64,000 bases of DNA from Phoronis australis (lineage: Eukaryota; Animalia; Phoronida): contig NMRA01000065.1 in NCBI GenBank assembly GCA_002633005.1, positions 673,066 to 737,065 of the forward strand, in the 5' to 3' direction. Both the position numbers and the translations under genes were made by a program. The notes under the pieces are model-generated. The model had not been told where the DNA came from. It was given only the letters and a program-made list of their open reading frames with translations, and made no database searches. This document shows, in pieces, positions 33,671-45,600 of the stretch (its first letter is position 1; every line of letters starts with the position of its first letter).

Positions 33671-36600
33671 CTGAAATGAAAAAAGTAAAACCAGTGAATT
33701 ACTGCTGTCTTTATTCCTCAATGGAACTTCAAGCTGGATAGGTAGTCTACCTCCGTTGCGGACCGCACGAGCGTTCCCACATCCTCCAATCACTTGAAAG
33801 GAAAAGTAACGCGAGACAATTTCGGGATGACAGTTTGTTTATCTCAATAAGTCGTTACCTAAAGTTTGCAACAGTTTTCTAGCACGTGCGGCAGTGACGC
33901 TTTCGAGAGCGATGTCGGACTCGTGAAAGTAAGTTCGTGTGCCTATTAAGTATTTGAATTATTAAAACGAAAATTAATGTGGGTTGGAGTTCGAATGTAA
34001 ATCTTGGATTCAGAGACGGATTCTTGACTCCGCTCTTCCCTCGCATTTCAAAAAAAAAACAGTCGGACAGCCGGTGTATGTGGTCCTTATAAGTGGAAGA
34101 GTTTCAAACTGAAAGCAGCAATTCGTCCCTGGTTAGCTGGCAATGTTTCTTTAGGGTTTACAAACGTTACCACTCGCACACGATCTTGAATTAACTTATT
34201 ATGGCCAAACAAGAAAGCAACTCATGAGGCAAGCAATGTGCCAATTTCGAATCCGCAATTTTAGCATGGCTCAACCCCAATAAATTTTGAAACGTTTTCT
34301 CAAGTTGGTGATGGTTCCGAAGTTCTTTTTGCATGGATACTACGAGTCTTCTTTTTGACTTTTAGTCAGATGAGAAACGCAGCTGTAAGAAAAAGTAACA
34401 CCATTATGAACATCCCCAGTGTTAAATGTACTCACCCATTGGTAGAAGTAACAGGCACCGACGCTGTGCTCGTGCACTTCGTGTTCAGGGTGGGGTTTCA
34501 GCAGTTCCAACACCCTGGCAGCGATCCCTGGGTCGACGTCGTTGATTTCGAAGCTCTTGAGGCGGTTGAACAGCCCTGGGTATTCCGGTGTGCGCACGGA
34601 GTTGAACAGCTTCTGACACATTTCCCAACTCTGCGTGAAATATTGACCTTTTTAGAGACAGTGATGCTTGCACATTCCAGATGATAGATTTGCGGGACAA
34701 AAGTTCTCGAGTTCAAAATCCATTAAGTTTCACGCAGCTAGGCGATCGTTTGCTCGGTAAACTGACAGCAGATTTCGGATACATGTTACCTGTTTACTCA
34801 CATCTGGTTGCGTGAAATACTACTAAAATGAATTGATTTCCACCCAAGTATGCTGGCGGTGCTGCTCGTCCGTAACTCCTTAGCATCAAATTGTCCCGCG
34901 GAACCTGTTGGAGGTGTTTCATTAGTGCGAACTTCAATAATTACGCCAAAGGGACTGGCTTTGGTCCCACGAGACAACTAAAATCGAGGCTCCGGCCTAG
35001 CTGAACTAAAAAATCGTTCCCAGTGGGAAGTCGCGCAATCCTCTGTCTGCCTTCTGACGTAATGTAAACTCTTGTTTAGGCCACTTATCATGCGCGCACC
35101 CAGCCTTCACCATGGGGGGGGCTCGAATTTCTGACGTTGTGGACCTTTTGCTAACAGAAGAGCGGACGGACTAAAAAAAATGGGGCATCCACTGCGAATT
35201 GCGCGTCTGCGCTTATTTAGGGACTTTTGTTCCATTTTGTCGGACTTTTTTCCTCTCAAGGGCGGATCTTTTGCCCATTTCGCCAAATGGGGGGCTCGTT
35301 TAAGGCCCCCCGCCGGAGCCACCCCTGAGTGCGCGCATGCTTCTCAAGACGCATTTCGCCGCGCGGCAGTCTTCATTTTGATAGTCACGTGACTTCCTAA
35401 ACGTTTGAATTTCGCACATGCGCAGATATGGAACACCTAGCTCTGATGGATAGTTAGAGGTCATAAAACTACTCGAGGTGATCCAGATGGATGCTGCTTT
35501 GTACGGTAGCTTGCACTATGGAAGAAAATCTTAGGAAGCAGTGACTTCAATCCCATAATGCAACATTTCAACTTCGGTCACCGGCCAATCCATTTGTGGC
35601 GGCCACTTCTCCAAGATAGCCATAGTGTACTCGCTAAACACTCGCCTTTCATTTGCGTGATTTTTCGGTGTCTTGCGAGAGCTTGCTGTTCTCGCAAGAA
35701 ACATTTCAGAAATTCAGCTGCAAAATATTTTTGAAAAATATGAAAATATATCGAAGATTGCCTGTTGATATACGCTGCCTAAGTCATCACAGGCATTTGA
35801 AAATTACCCGTTTTAGTTACTTAAAGGTGTCAAAATGCTAGCAGTAGCGTAACACATACACACATTGCCATTGTCTAACCGAATTAGTGGCCTTTAGGGC
35901 TTATCTGAACGTTATCAAAACGTCATAGAGTGACAGAAGGATTATTAGACTGCGGTGTCTAGTTAACATGTCGTGTTACCGTGGGACACTAACGGGGTTT
36001 CGCAAGTGTCCTAACTAATGGAGAGCGGGTGCTCACAATGCTTCTTTAGATTGTGTTATTTGGAGGAAATGTAATATACACTGACTGTATGTCACTGACC
36101 TTTGTTGTGGACTCGGGATCCCCCAGCAGTAGCAATGCTGCAACCATAACGTCCTTGATGGCCGGCGGTGGATTCTTATACTGGCGTATCTCCATCATGA
36201 CAGATCGGTCCATGGAAAGTAGAGAACCCTTATACTTGTCGATCTTAACAAGTGCTTCCAACATGTCGCGAGCCCGAGTCGCTTCTGGCTGTAGCTTCAT
36301 GTCAAGACCTTTCATCCTGCAGTTGTCAACCGCCTTCTGAAGGTCTTTCTTGATCCCCGTTTTCAACGCCTGCTTCAGTTCTACAGTGACATGTCGCTAT
36401 TGAAGGCATTTGGCAAAAGGATGGTGCAAAATTAGTTGCAATTTACTCTGTAAGTAATAGTCCGTAGGCTCAACAAAACCATCTCAATAAAAACAATCAA
36501 TTATAGCAAACAAAGCAAATATAACGACATCAAGTGTCATCAACTGACCCTCTTTCGTGGAGATCAGGTTAAAGAGTTCGCGTGCTTCGTCCACCAGCGA

Positions 36601-39600
36601 CAAGGAAGGTCGTCTTATGTACGTGTGTTGCTGGAGGAACGTGTCGTAAGCGTCTGCAGCCTCCTGCAACTTCTCCAGGTCCGGGTTTTCTTTCCTCAAC
36701 TCTTCCACAAGGTAGCTCTGCAGCTGATCGTCCACTGAACAAGAAAGAACGCGTGGTTATCATTAATCGGAAATTAATGCAGCTTTCGTCTCGTGAGTGG
36801 CTGTTCAGAATGGCCGCATTAAGCAAGGTACGTTTCACATGAAAGGAAAGATTGTACGTAGAACGCTATTCCGCGAAATGATTAACCTATTCCGCGTTAT
36901 ATATTCCGAGGTTCAAGTAGATATAGAAATACCGCACATTTCAGCAGTATTTAGCAGTCAAAAAGACAGATTAATTAAGCCGCTTGGCTAAACCCACACA
37001 ATCTGTCATAATATTCCAAACCCGCGCAATAGGATATAAAACCATCAGCGACTTGGGAAAATGTTTCAGTGTTTATTTAAGTTTGCCAAAATTTGTAACT
37101 GGCATACGTACATGTCTAGGACCAATATATTACTCCCAGGTACATGTACAGTACGCATTGCCTGTTACATGAGTTGCTGACTTATTCGGCAGCAGTTCAC
37201 AATCGGATGGGCGTGGATGTTTTTAAACCTTTTAAGGATATCTCAAACCTTATTCACAAAACTAAGCCATTTTTACAATATTTCACATATGTCAAGCCAA
37301 ATGCCTTATCTTCATTCCTAGGGAAATATATACCGTGTAGCGAGAAAAAAAGATTTAGCAGAACAACCTTGGAACCACACAACCGCGAGGAAATTTTCAC
37401 TCAAATCGAATCTCCGCGAGACAAAGAGCAGCTCCGTTCATTTATCGAGTCGCCGTTGTCAACGACCTGTACATATGATAAAAAGATGTCGGGGGAAACG
37501 AAGCCGAAACGTTAGCTTTGATCCTGAGAGTGTTTTGTGTCTGCATGCATTTAGTCGACCGTTGAGAACGAATCCGCCTCCATGCCTCCATGAATTTGTG
37601 CGGTTCACGAACATAGCAAGTTGTGAAAATCCTCACCCAAATTTCTTAATTCGGGTAATTTGACATTTCGCTGTTTAGAGATCATGCTCACGACGCGGTT
37701 TAACCACCGACCCAATTCCGTTATCCATTTCATACATGTACTTAGTTTTCATATAAGTCTCTAAGCGCGTGGTGTGTCTAACAATGAACTGTTGACATAC
37801 TTTAAATTGGAGCACAATACACCATCTTGATCCACCTAATATGCTGGCTGTGCCCGTGACTCAGTTGGAGTCTAAGCATAGGAGATTGGCTTGGTTTAAA
37901 CTGAACGTTTTTGTGATAAGTAAATTACGCACTGCAAATTCGGATGTCACTGCGCGTGAATGTTGAAAGAATGAAAGTGGCTAAGAGGTATATAAATTAT
38001 ATTGACCAAAGACAAGTTTTCATCGAAGAATGAAGCGAAGTCATTGAGATTTTCACGTATCGTCATATAATGGGCTTTTCGGTTTCGGCAATTCGACTTT
38101 ATTTGAACTTAAAGTCCTCTCACGCGTTGTTAACCCTTACTACATGGTTAGAAGATGTTATAAGGATCCAAGAAGTACCTACCCCATAATTAATACACGA
38201 TCCGTACTCGAAAACAGTTTAAATGAACGCGCCACTCACGATTCGCACCCGAAGAAACACCGCCATTTTGAACTTGCCGCGAACCCGGAAGTACAATTCA
38301 TTCAGGAACCCAGGCCGAGAAAACGCCGTCAGTGCGACTNTCAGGACAAGTTCCTGAACTGATGAGCCGGAAATGTGGGTACGGAAATAACCGATGACAA
38401 CCGGTATTCATACGCTCAGAGAGAAGGGTCAAATACTGTTAAAAATCGCTTTTGGCAAGAAAGGCGAAAAGAATATAAAGAAAGAGTGTCGAAAATAAGA
38501 ATTTATGCAGTAAGTATTTTCGGATACTGGAACCACATGGGCAGTTTGCAAGAAGGACTTTTAGAACACAAGTTCTTGAAAATGGCATGGTGGATTCCGT
38601 TGAAACTTTCCAAACATAATGGTTATCTCAAAAACATTGTTAGGATTTTCGATATAAAAGCCTAGTTTTTGCGTAATGTAACAAAGAGTTATATGACTTC
38701 TCAGTATTTTTTCAAAAAAATCTGTACGTTTTGCGAGCTGATTTGTCATAGAAATCAAACGAACAGGCTAACCGAAAATTGCTAACAGCGTTTTTTAGGT
38801 AACTGGTGGAGTTTCATTTTAAAAAGGTTTCATAAAATCGACCGAGGAGTTATTATTTCTATGAATGTACCTTTCTTAAACATTGAATTTTTCAAAAAGT
38901 TGTTACCGTAATAATTGCATTTAAATATAAAACAAGTTTTTATACTTCCTAGTCCTTTTTCTTTTAGAAAACATTCTTTTACTAGTTGACAGAGCAAATG
39001 CTTTTGAGAAATGAATTATAATGGAGGGTTGACGAACTCACCAGAGACAGCTAAATATCTGCGAAATGCACCTTGAACTGGTTGAGGAAGTGGCGATTTG
39101 AGTTTCCAAAAAAGCTGTTGTGCATTCTACACGTTTAGTTCGACGTGTCGAACAGGGGGTTTTGCCGTGAGCCCCCACCCCCCACCCCCCCTCCCTCCAT
39201 CGCCTTCAATTTCGCCCCTTCAGGGTAGACAATACCTCCTGTAGCGTCTTCACAATTAATTGTTTCACAATGTATCGACTGGAAGGGCCGTGGACCCCTT
39301 TACGTTGATGCCCGTAGCTACGGCAGTCTCAATATGCATGTCGTTCTAAAAATTCGTTGGTTTATTTTGGTTTGAAGATTGGTTTTTACCCAACTCTGAT
39401 ATTCGCTAGACCTTTTTACGGATGACGAGAGAGGTCATATACACAAAACAGCGCCGTAAAAACTTTGTAAAAATCACTTCATTTCAGTAGAGTTTCAACT
39501 GCCAGACTTCCGAGCAGACGATTGCATGCATTGGATCTCTCGTGCGCAACAAATCTACGTTCTGGGATGCGCATGTGTCGATTTCCGCTATCCGTCACAG

Positions 39601-42600
39601 GACAATCAGAGATGTGCCCTGGCACAACACAAATGTTCAAAATACAAATATTCACCAATGTTGCTAAATGACATTTAATGTCCCTAATCAGTCGAGGCTG
39701 GCCAAGATTTTAGCCATCGAACAATTTCGTTTTACCCGTGCTTGCTTCGAGCTTGCCTAGCAACTCTTCGCCTTCGTGAAGAAGTGCAGTCACCTCCATC
39801 TTATTGGCTCGCAGAAAATCATCATAGTTTTTCAGCGCCAAACTAAGTTCCTTCGCTTCCGGTTCTTTCTTTTCCATTTCGCACTGGACACATTTCGCCA
39901 GTCGTTTGGCTTCAATTTCTGAAACGATTGACAAAAGTGCTTCTAGCTTAATACTCGAGTGCAATAGTTAGTTTGAAGAAGTGGAAAAGAAATTAAAACA
40001 CTGCAAAAGTCGCAAAGCATTCGTCTTACTGTAAGTGGAAAACCTTGATAAGCGAAAATACGATCGTTATTCTTCCGTCTGGTGGAAGACCAAGAAAACA
40101 TCTGCCGGTCCCATTCTCCCATTTGCACGATGTTTTGTATATTGGTAAGGCGAATACTACATCGGCGTTACACCTTCATTGATTAGGTGGAAAAAGAAGT
40201 TTCAAGAAAAGTACCACTATAGCTTGAAACAAACCATAGTTAGCACCTGTATACCTCGAGCTTGTCGTGTTTGTTCAAGTTTTGCTTTTGCATCGTCAAG
40301 CACTGTGGGTCTTGATAGGTGGCCGTGCTTTGAAAGGAAATCTTCCAGCTCACTAATGGTGGCATCTGCTTGTTCGTCATCTAAGACGTCGTCAGCCATT
40401 AATGCCACGAGTCTTTCTGACAGTTCGTTATAGCGTGCATCTTCAATGAAAAACGTTCATGATTACGAGCCAATACGACACTGTCAACTTTATTCTCATA
40501 TACTACCAGCATAAAACACCTGTACTTTTAAAACGCGTTGGTGGAGTCCTAAAATTCCTCATGTGATTGCCCGAACGTTTTACGTTGATTACATGAAAAA
40601 GTTGATCGCCATAATGGCTGCATTTGTTTGCTACTCCGGTGCCATCGGGTCAACTAGCCAAGACATGTGATTGGTTCTCACTAACGACTTCCGGCTTACA
40701 GTCCAATCAGATGTCTTAGTCGCTTGAGTCGGTAAAACCGGCGATGTCAATCAAGACTACTCCTTTGCAGCAGCAGTTGTTTGTTTTTGTAAGCTCATTC
40801 TTGAATTTTAACCAACTAAGTGAACAAATATGTGTGGCATTTTTTCGTCCATCTAAACAGTGCGGTAAAGATATCTATAACACGATGTAAGTTTCAACCT
40901 TTTCTTATCTAGCATGCTAAAAACTCCTACAAAGTATTGTTACGCATACAGTTCGCCACTTACCTATTTGTTCTTTCTGAGTTTCGAAGAACTTGCGAGC
41001 TTTGTCGAGTATGTTGGGAAGGTAGCTGTGCTGCTCTACAAAGGCCTCGTAATTGTTTATTAGTGTTTGAAGTTGCTGAATATCAGTTTCCTCTGCAGCC
41101 ATAGCCTCTTCTATTTGGCGCTGGAAGTTTGAGTTCTCCTGCTCTGTAAAATGAGAAACTACGTCAGAAAAAAATCAAATTTCATTGCGCAGTTTTGGCG
41201 ATTTAAGTACTACTAAAGTTGTACGATTTCCCATGACGACATTTGTTCTTTATTTTTTTCTTTTTATGATGTAGCAATTTGCCTCACACATCAGTGCTCA
41301 TTTTGTCTCGAACTTGAATGTTGAGAGACGTTGTGTAAGTTAGCATTTGTGATTCTACGCCTTGTTAGAACCAACTGACTGTTTGTCAAGGATAAGGCAA
41401 TACCTTCAATTCTCGATCGTCATTCGCCCATGGAAACAACTTTAAGGGTCACCTGAAATTTGTTTTTGCTGTGACATGCATGCCGTTATTGAAAATACCG
41501 ATACGTACACTTCAATTGGGATACATGTTCATTTTCGCACGGAGGCGTACGGCCTTGTATGCCCGTATATACACAATGGGGCACGTGCATGTAGAACGTG
41601 CTGTGTTACCTTCAGCTTGCTTCATCTCTTCCAGCGCAAGCTGTGCCTTTTTCAGAAGGGACACAGGTTTCTCTACGAATGCGTTAGTCTCAAGGAACGT
41701 TGTGTAGTCTTCAATGGTAGACGCCAGCGTTTCTGTGTTACCAGAGCTCATTGCCTCTTCTAACTTCTTCCGAAAGAACTCGTCTTTTTCAACTGCGTAT
41801 CAAACGTAACCGAATCAGGATTATTCAGGATTGGTATTTTTGATATGCTGAATTTTTTTTAAAATCTTTAATAAGTGTTAAAAGCACCGAGCGTCAAGTG
41901 AAACTTGCAAACGACTGATTAGACTACGCACATGATAGATGACCTTGACTTTCTCCTGTGTACACGTAGTTTCAAGAAGGTTGTCCTATGTTTTTCGCGC
42001 TTTAAATGAACTTTTAATGTGGTGACGGGCTATGTTTGTGGTTAGGACCACTATTACTCCCAGGCCTGTGGGTGATTGCAACAACACGGCTTTCAATCTT
42101 GCTGTAATACTGTATTTGTTCACGCGAGAGGGCACGCTGTAGAAAATGACGCAAAATTGCAAATGACAGGAGAAGCAAAGTTGTTCTGACGAGGGTACAC
42201 TATGTCGTTTTGAATTTCATCGCTCAAAAATGTAAGTTTAAAACAACTAGGAAAATACTTCTTATCGTAATCTTCAATCTCTAGTTTCTCATCGGTTGGC
42301 GTTCCATTTTGTCGAGTGGTTACACAGCGCGTTCTCCCTAGTCGAATTCGTTGAGTGACTTCGTATTTTCAATAATGTTTTATGTATTTTCTCAAAGTTT
42401 GGATGACAGCTTGAAAATAAGATGAGTTTTGCCAATTTACAACTCCAAACGGCAAATTTAGGATCTCCACTTTATTGCCATCTGGTGACTGAAAATGAAG
42501 GTGCACTTCCTTTAGCTTGATTGGTTGGTTTCATCCTTCTACGAACACCTTTGTCCGACATTACATTGCAGATATCCCAGGACTAATCGAAAGTGTTAAT

Positions 42601-45600
42601 GTCGAAGTGATGAGACGACTGGGTTTGAACACTCTAAGACATGCAACTTATGTGTGTGAAATGATGCTTTAAAGTGCTTACTTTGGGCACACAGAATTTC
42701 TCATTAATGCCATAAGGTTCAAACACCACCGAGCAAAAATGCGTACGTAGTTCAGTACGTTACCTACTTCAGTAGGCACATCTGCTCAGAATGAAATGCA
42801 AGCGCCTAGTATTTGCCTTCGACGTTACCTGGTGCCTCATCTTACCCAAGCGAGCCTTTTCCATTTCAATCCTTACTCTAGCTTCCTCAAGAATGAACGG
42901 ATATTCGCTTTCCTCTTTGGAGTCTAAGTACTTTGTGAACACTTCGTACGCTGTTTCCAAATTTTGCAGGTCGAAGTCAGGCTTATCCATTGCTTGCCGA
43001 AGTTCTTCCTTAAGCTCTGCACGTTTGGCCACTTGAAAACGAAAATCTCTCGTTGTTAATTAAATTAGTAACTCGATGCCCTTACTTAGTACTTTCTTTT
43101 TTTGGGGCAAATGTTTGCAAAATTATCGGTAGTAAAAAGGACAAGGCCGCATTCTTACCGTTCTTTCAGGCTAGCACGTGTAATGTACATAAATCTAATT
43201 ATAATAAAATTTTTAAAAGGTGTAACGACTGGAAAACGGCTTAACATTCAAAAGGTGGATAGTCAGTTATGAGCTTAATTAGAGCCCATGATGGATTCGG
43301 TGAACACGATAAGAACCAGTTGTGCAAAATATATCACTCATTTAACCGAGGTGGGTATGACATTGTGAGTCTTAAAACAGCCCAGTGGTCGAAATATAGG
43401 GAGAGAAAGGTTAATTCTATTGCTGATAACAATTTTGAATTTAAAGACCTCATTCCTTTGCATTCACCATTTTTGAACACAGGATGCGGACTTTTGTTAG
43501 TCGAAAGGTATCATTAATATGTATTAGCCGTTTTTGTTTGGCCTTATTTTATGTTAATATTTTAATTTCTTTTAAAAAGTGAGCGTGATTGCCACAGAAA
43601 CCTCCATATTGCATTAGTCCGCAGTCACTCACTACGGCGACCGTCTTAGGTGATGGTGCATCATCAGAAATAAAAATCAAACTAAAAAAATCAATTAAGT
43701 TTTAAAATATTTGTAGCTGAGTTGAATAAGCACTATTTGAGCTAAAGTTTCGACTGAGCATTAAAATCGGTTTTAACTAAAATGAAGCGAAAAGACCAAA
43801 GACGTTAACAAGACTGTTTACAATGGCCGCCACCATTATTGTGTCATGGACCGTGGTGACACCTAGCGGGTGGGTGTGCGCCGACGAAGTAGGCTAGCAA
43901 GGCGTTAACTATGGGCGACTTTAGTTTGTCAATTCAAAATTGTGAAGTGTCTCTCTACGGTCTCTGAAAAGACTATCTTTAAAACTTGTCTTCAGAAAAA
44001 AAACTTCCGCTGGTGGTTTGCTTTGACACGCGTGTATAGGTCCTGAAAAACGACCACTTTTGAGCGATCATTATAAATTTACTCTACAACTTTTACAAGT
44101 TGAATATGCATTAATTTCATTTTTCTGCCTTTGACGCTGACATTGCATTGTATTCAAATTCATGATTATGTTGCAAAATTAAACTTATGAGTACGTACAG
44201 TCCTCTGATTTCATTCTTTTCATCATTTCCCGCGCCTCGGCTAATACTGCTCCTGGTACTATCGATTTATTGGCTTTTAAGAATTCCTCGTATTCGGTGA
44301 CTGATCTTTCGAGTTTCTTAATATCAACATTTTCCATTTGCATAATGGACTTCAATGTCTGTTGAAATTCCGAATCCTCAACCACAGCCTGCTGTTCACA
44401 TTTCAGGCGTTCAATCCTCATACGTGCCTCCTGTAATACGTCCGGCTTCGGAAGGAATGTATTAGTCTCGAGAAACTGTTCGTACTCTAGCGTGGCGGAA
44501 ACCAAACGTGCCACGTCGGGTGTTTCGCTATTAAGCAATGACTTTAAAATTTCTTGGAAATCGCTGTCTTTAGCTTTCGCAAGCTTTTCGTTCCTTAATT
44601 TGTTAATTGTTTCTCGTGCCTGATCAACCAGTCCTGATGGTGACAGAAAAGGATTGCTTTCAAGAAACTGTTCGTATTCGTTTGTGACCGACTCCAATTC
44701 AACGTCATCAACGTTGTCAGCGCCCAAAAGAGAGCTTAGCTTGCTTCGGAATTCAATGTCTTCGGCCTTTAATTGTTCCTCTTTTCTAATCCTCGCAATC
44801 ATCGCTAGAGCTTCATCAACAATAGCTGGTCTTGACAACGTTTCGTCTGCAGTTTGCAAAAACTGCTCAAAGTCATTTGTTTCCTGCTCTAGTTTAGTGA
44901 TATCGATCGTCTCGGCATCCATTTGCGATTTCAGCTTTTCGTGATGCTCTAGGAACTGTGCATGTTTTTTGATCAAGAATTTCGCTTTGTCAATTTCGTC
45001 CGGTCTGTCGAAAGAGGTATTGGCCATGAGGAACTCTTCAAAATCTGTTACGGTTTTCTTCAGTTGCTGTACGTCAACTGGTTCGCTGGACAGCAGTGCC
45101 TTGAGTCTATCCATCAACCGAGCATGTTCTGTAAGAGCAAGGTATTTGATCGCACAATTATCCTGAGCTTAGTCATGGGACTAAGAGTTCCTATGACCAT
45201 TGTGAGGTACTATTTTGACCTCATTAAATCAGATTTTCACGCATAATTAGGTCTTGATAAGATAAGTATAAATATTTTCAACGCAAGTATATGGATACTT
45301 ATGGTAGATTCCGTGGATTTTTTTCCTTGTTCCTATATTTATAAGTATGCTCGATTTACTAGTTTCGATAATTGCAAGGTCATGCAAAGTCAAGATCACG
45401 TGATAATTTCTTAGCTACTGCTATTTTCCCCAAACATGCACATAACAGTCGTGTAGGGCATGTGCATGTTTTGCCAGTTTTGGCCGAATCACCAATTCCT
45501 CCCTGGTATAAGGAAAGTAACTTTGATCTCAGTAACCCTGATTTTCATGCATAATTAGGTCTTTATTAGCACAAATTATAAATATCCATTTATTTTGGAC

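Noticed and set aside
36100-36240. Calling the minus-strand gene a dynein heavy chain or a myosin/spectrin
   Set aside because: No AAA+ or motor motifs in the located exons; the coding sequence stops ~44 aa after the MTBD-like domain; the ~61-aa repeat length does not match the ~106-aa spectrin repeat.
38335-38405. Hammerhead-like CTGATGAG...GAAA next to a TCAGGA/TCCTGA stem
   Set aside because: Stem II lacks the canonical G-C closing pair before GAAA, there is no convincing stem III or NUH site, and an N join falls at the would-be cleavage site.
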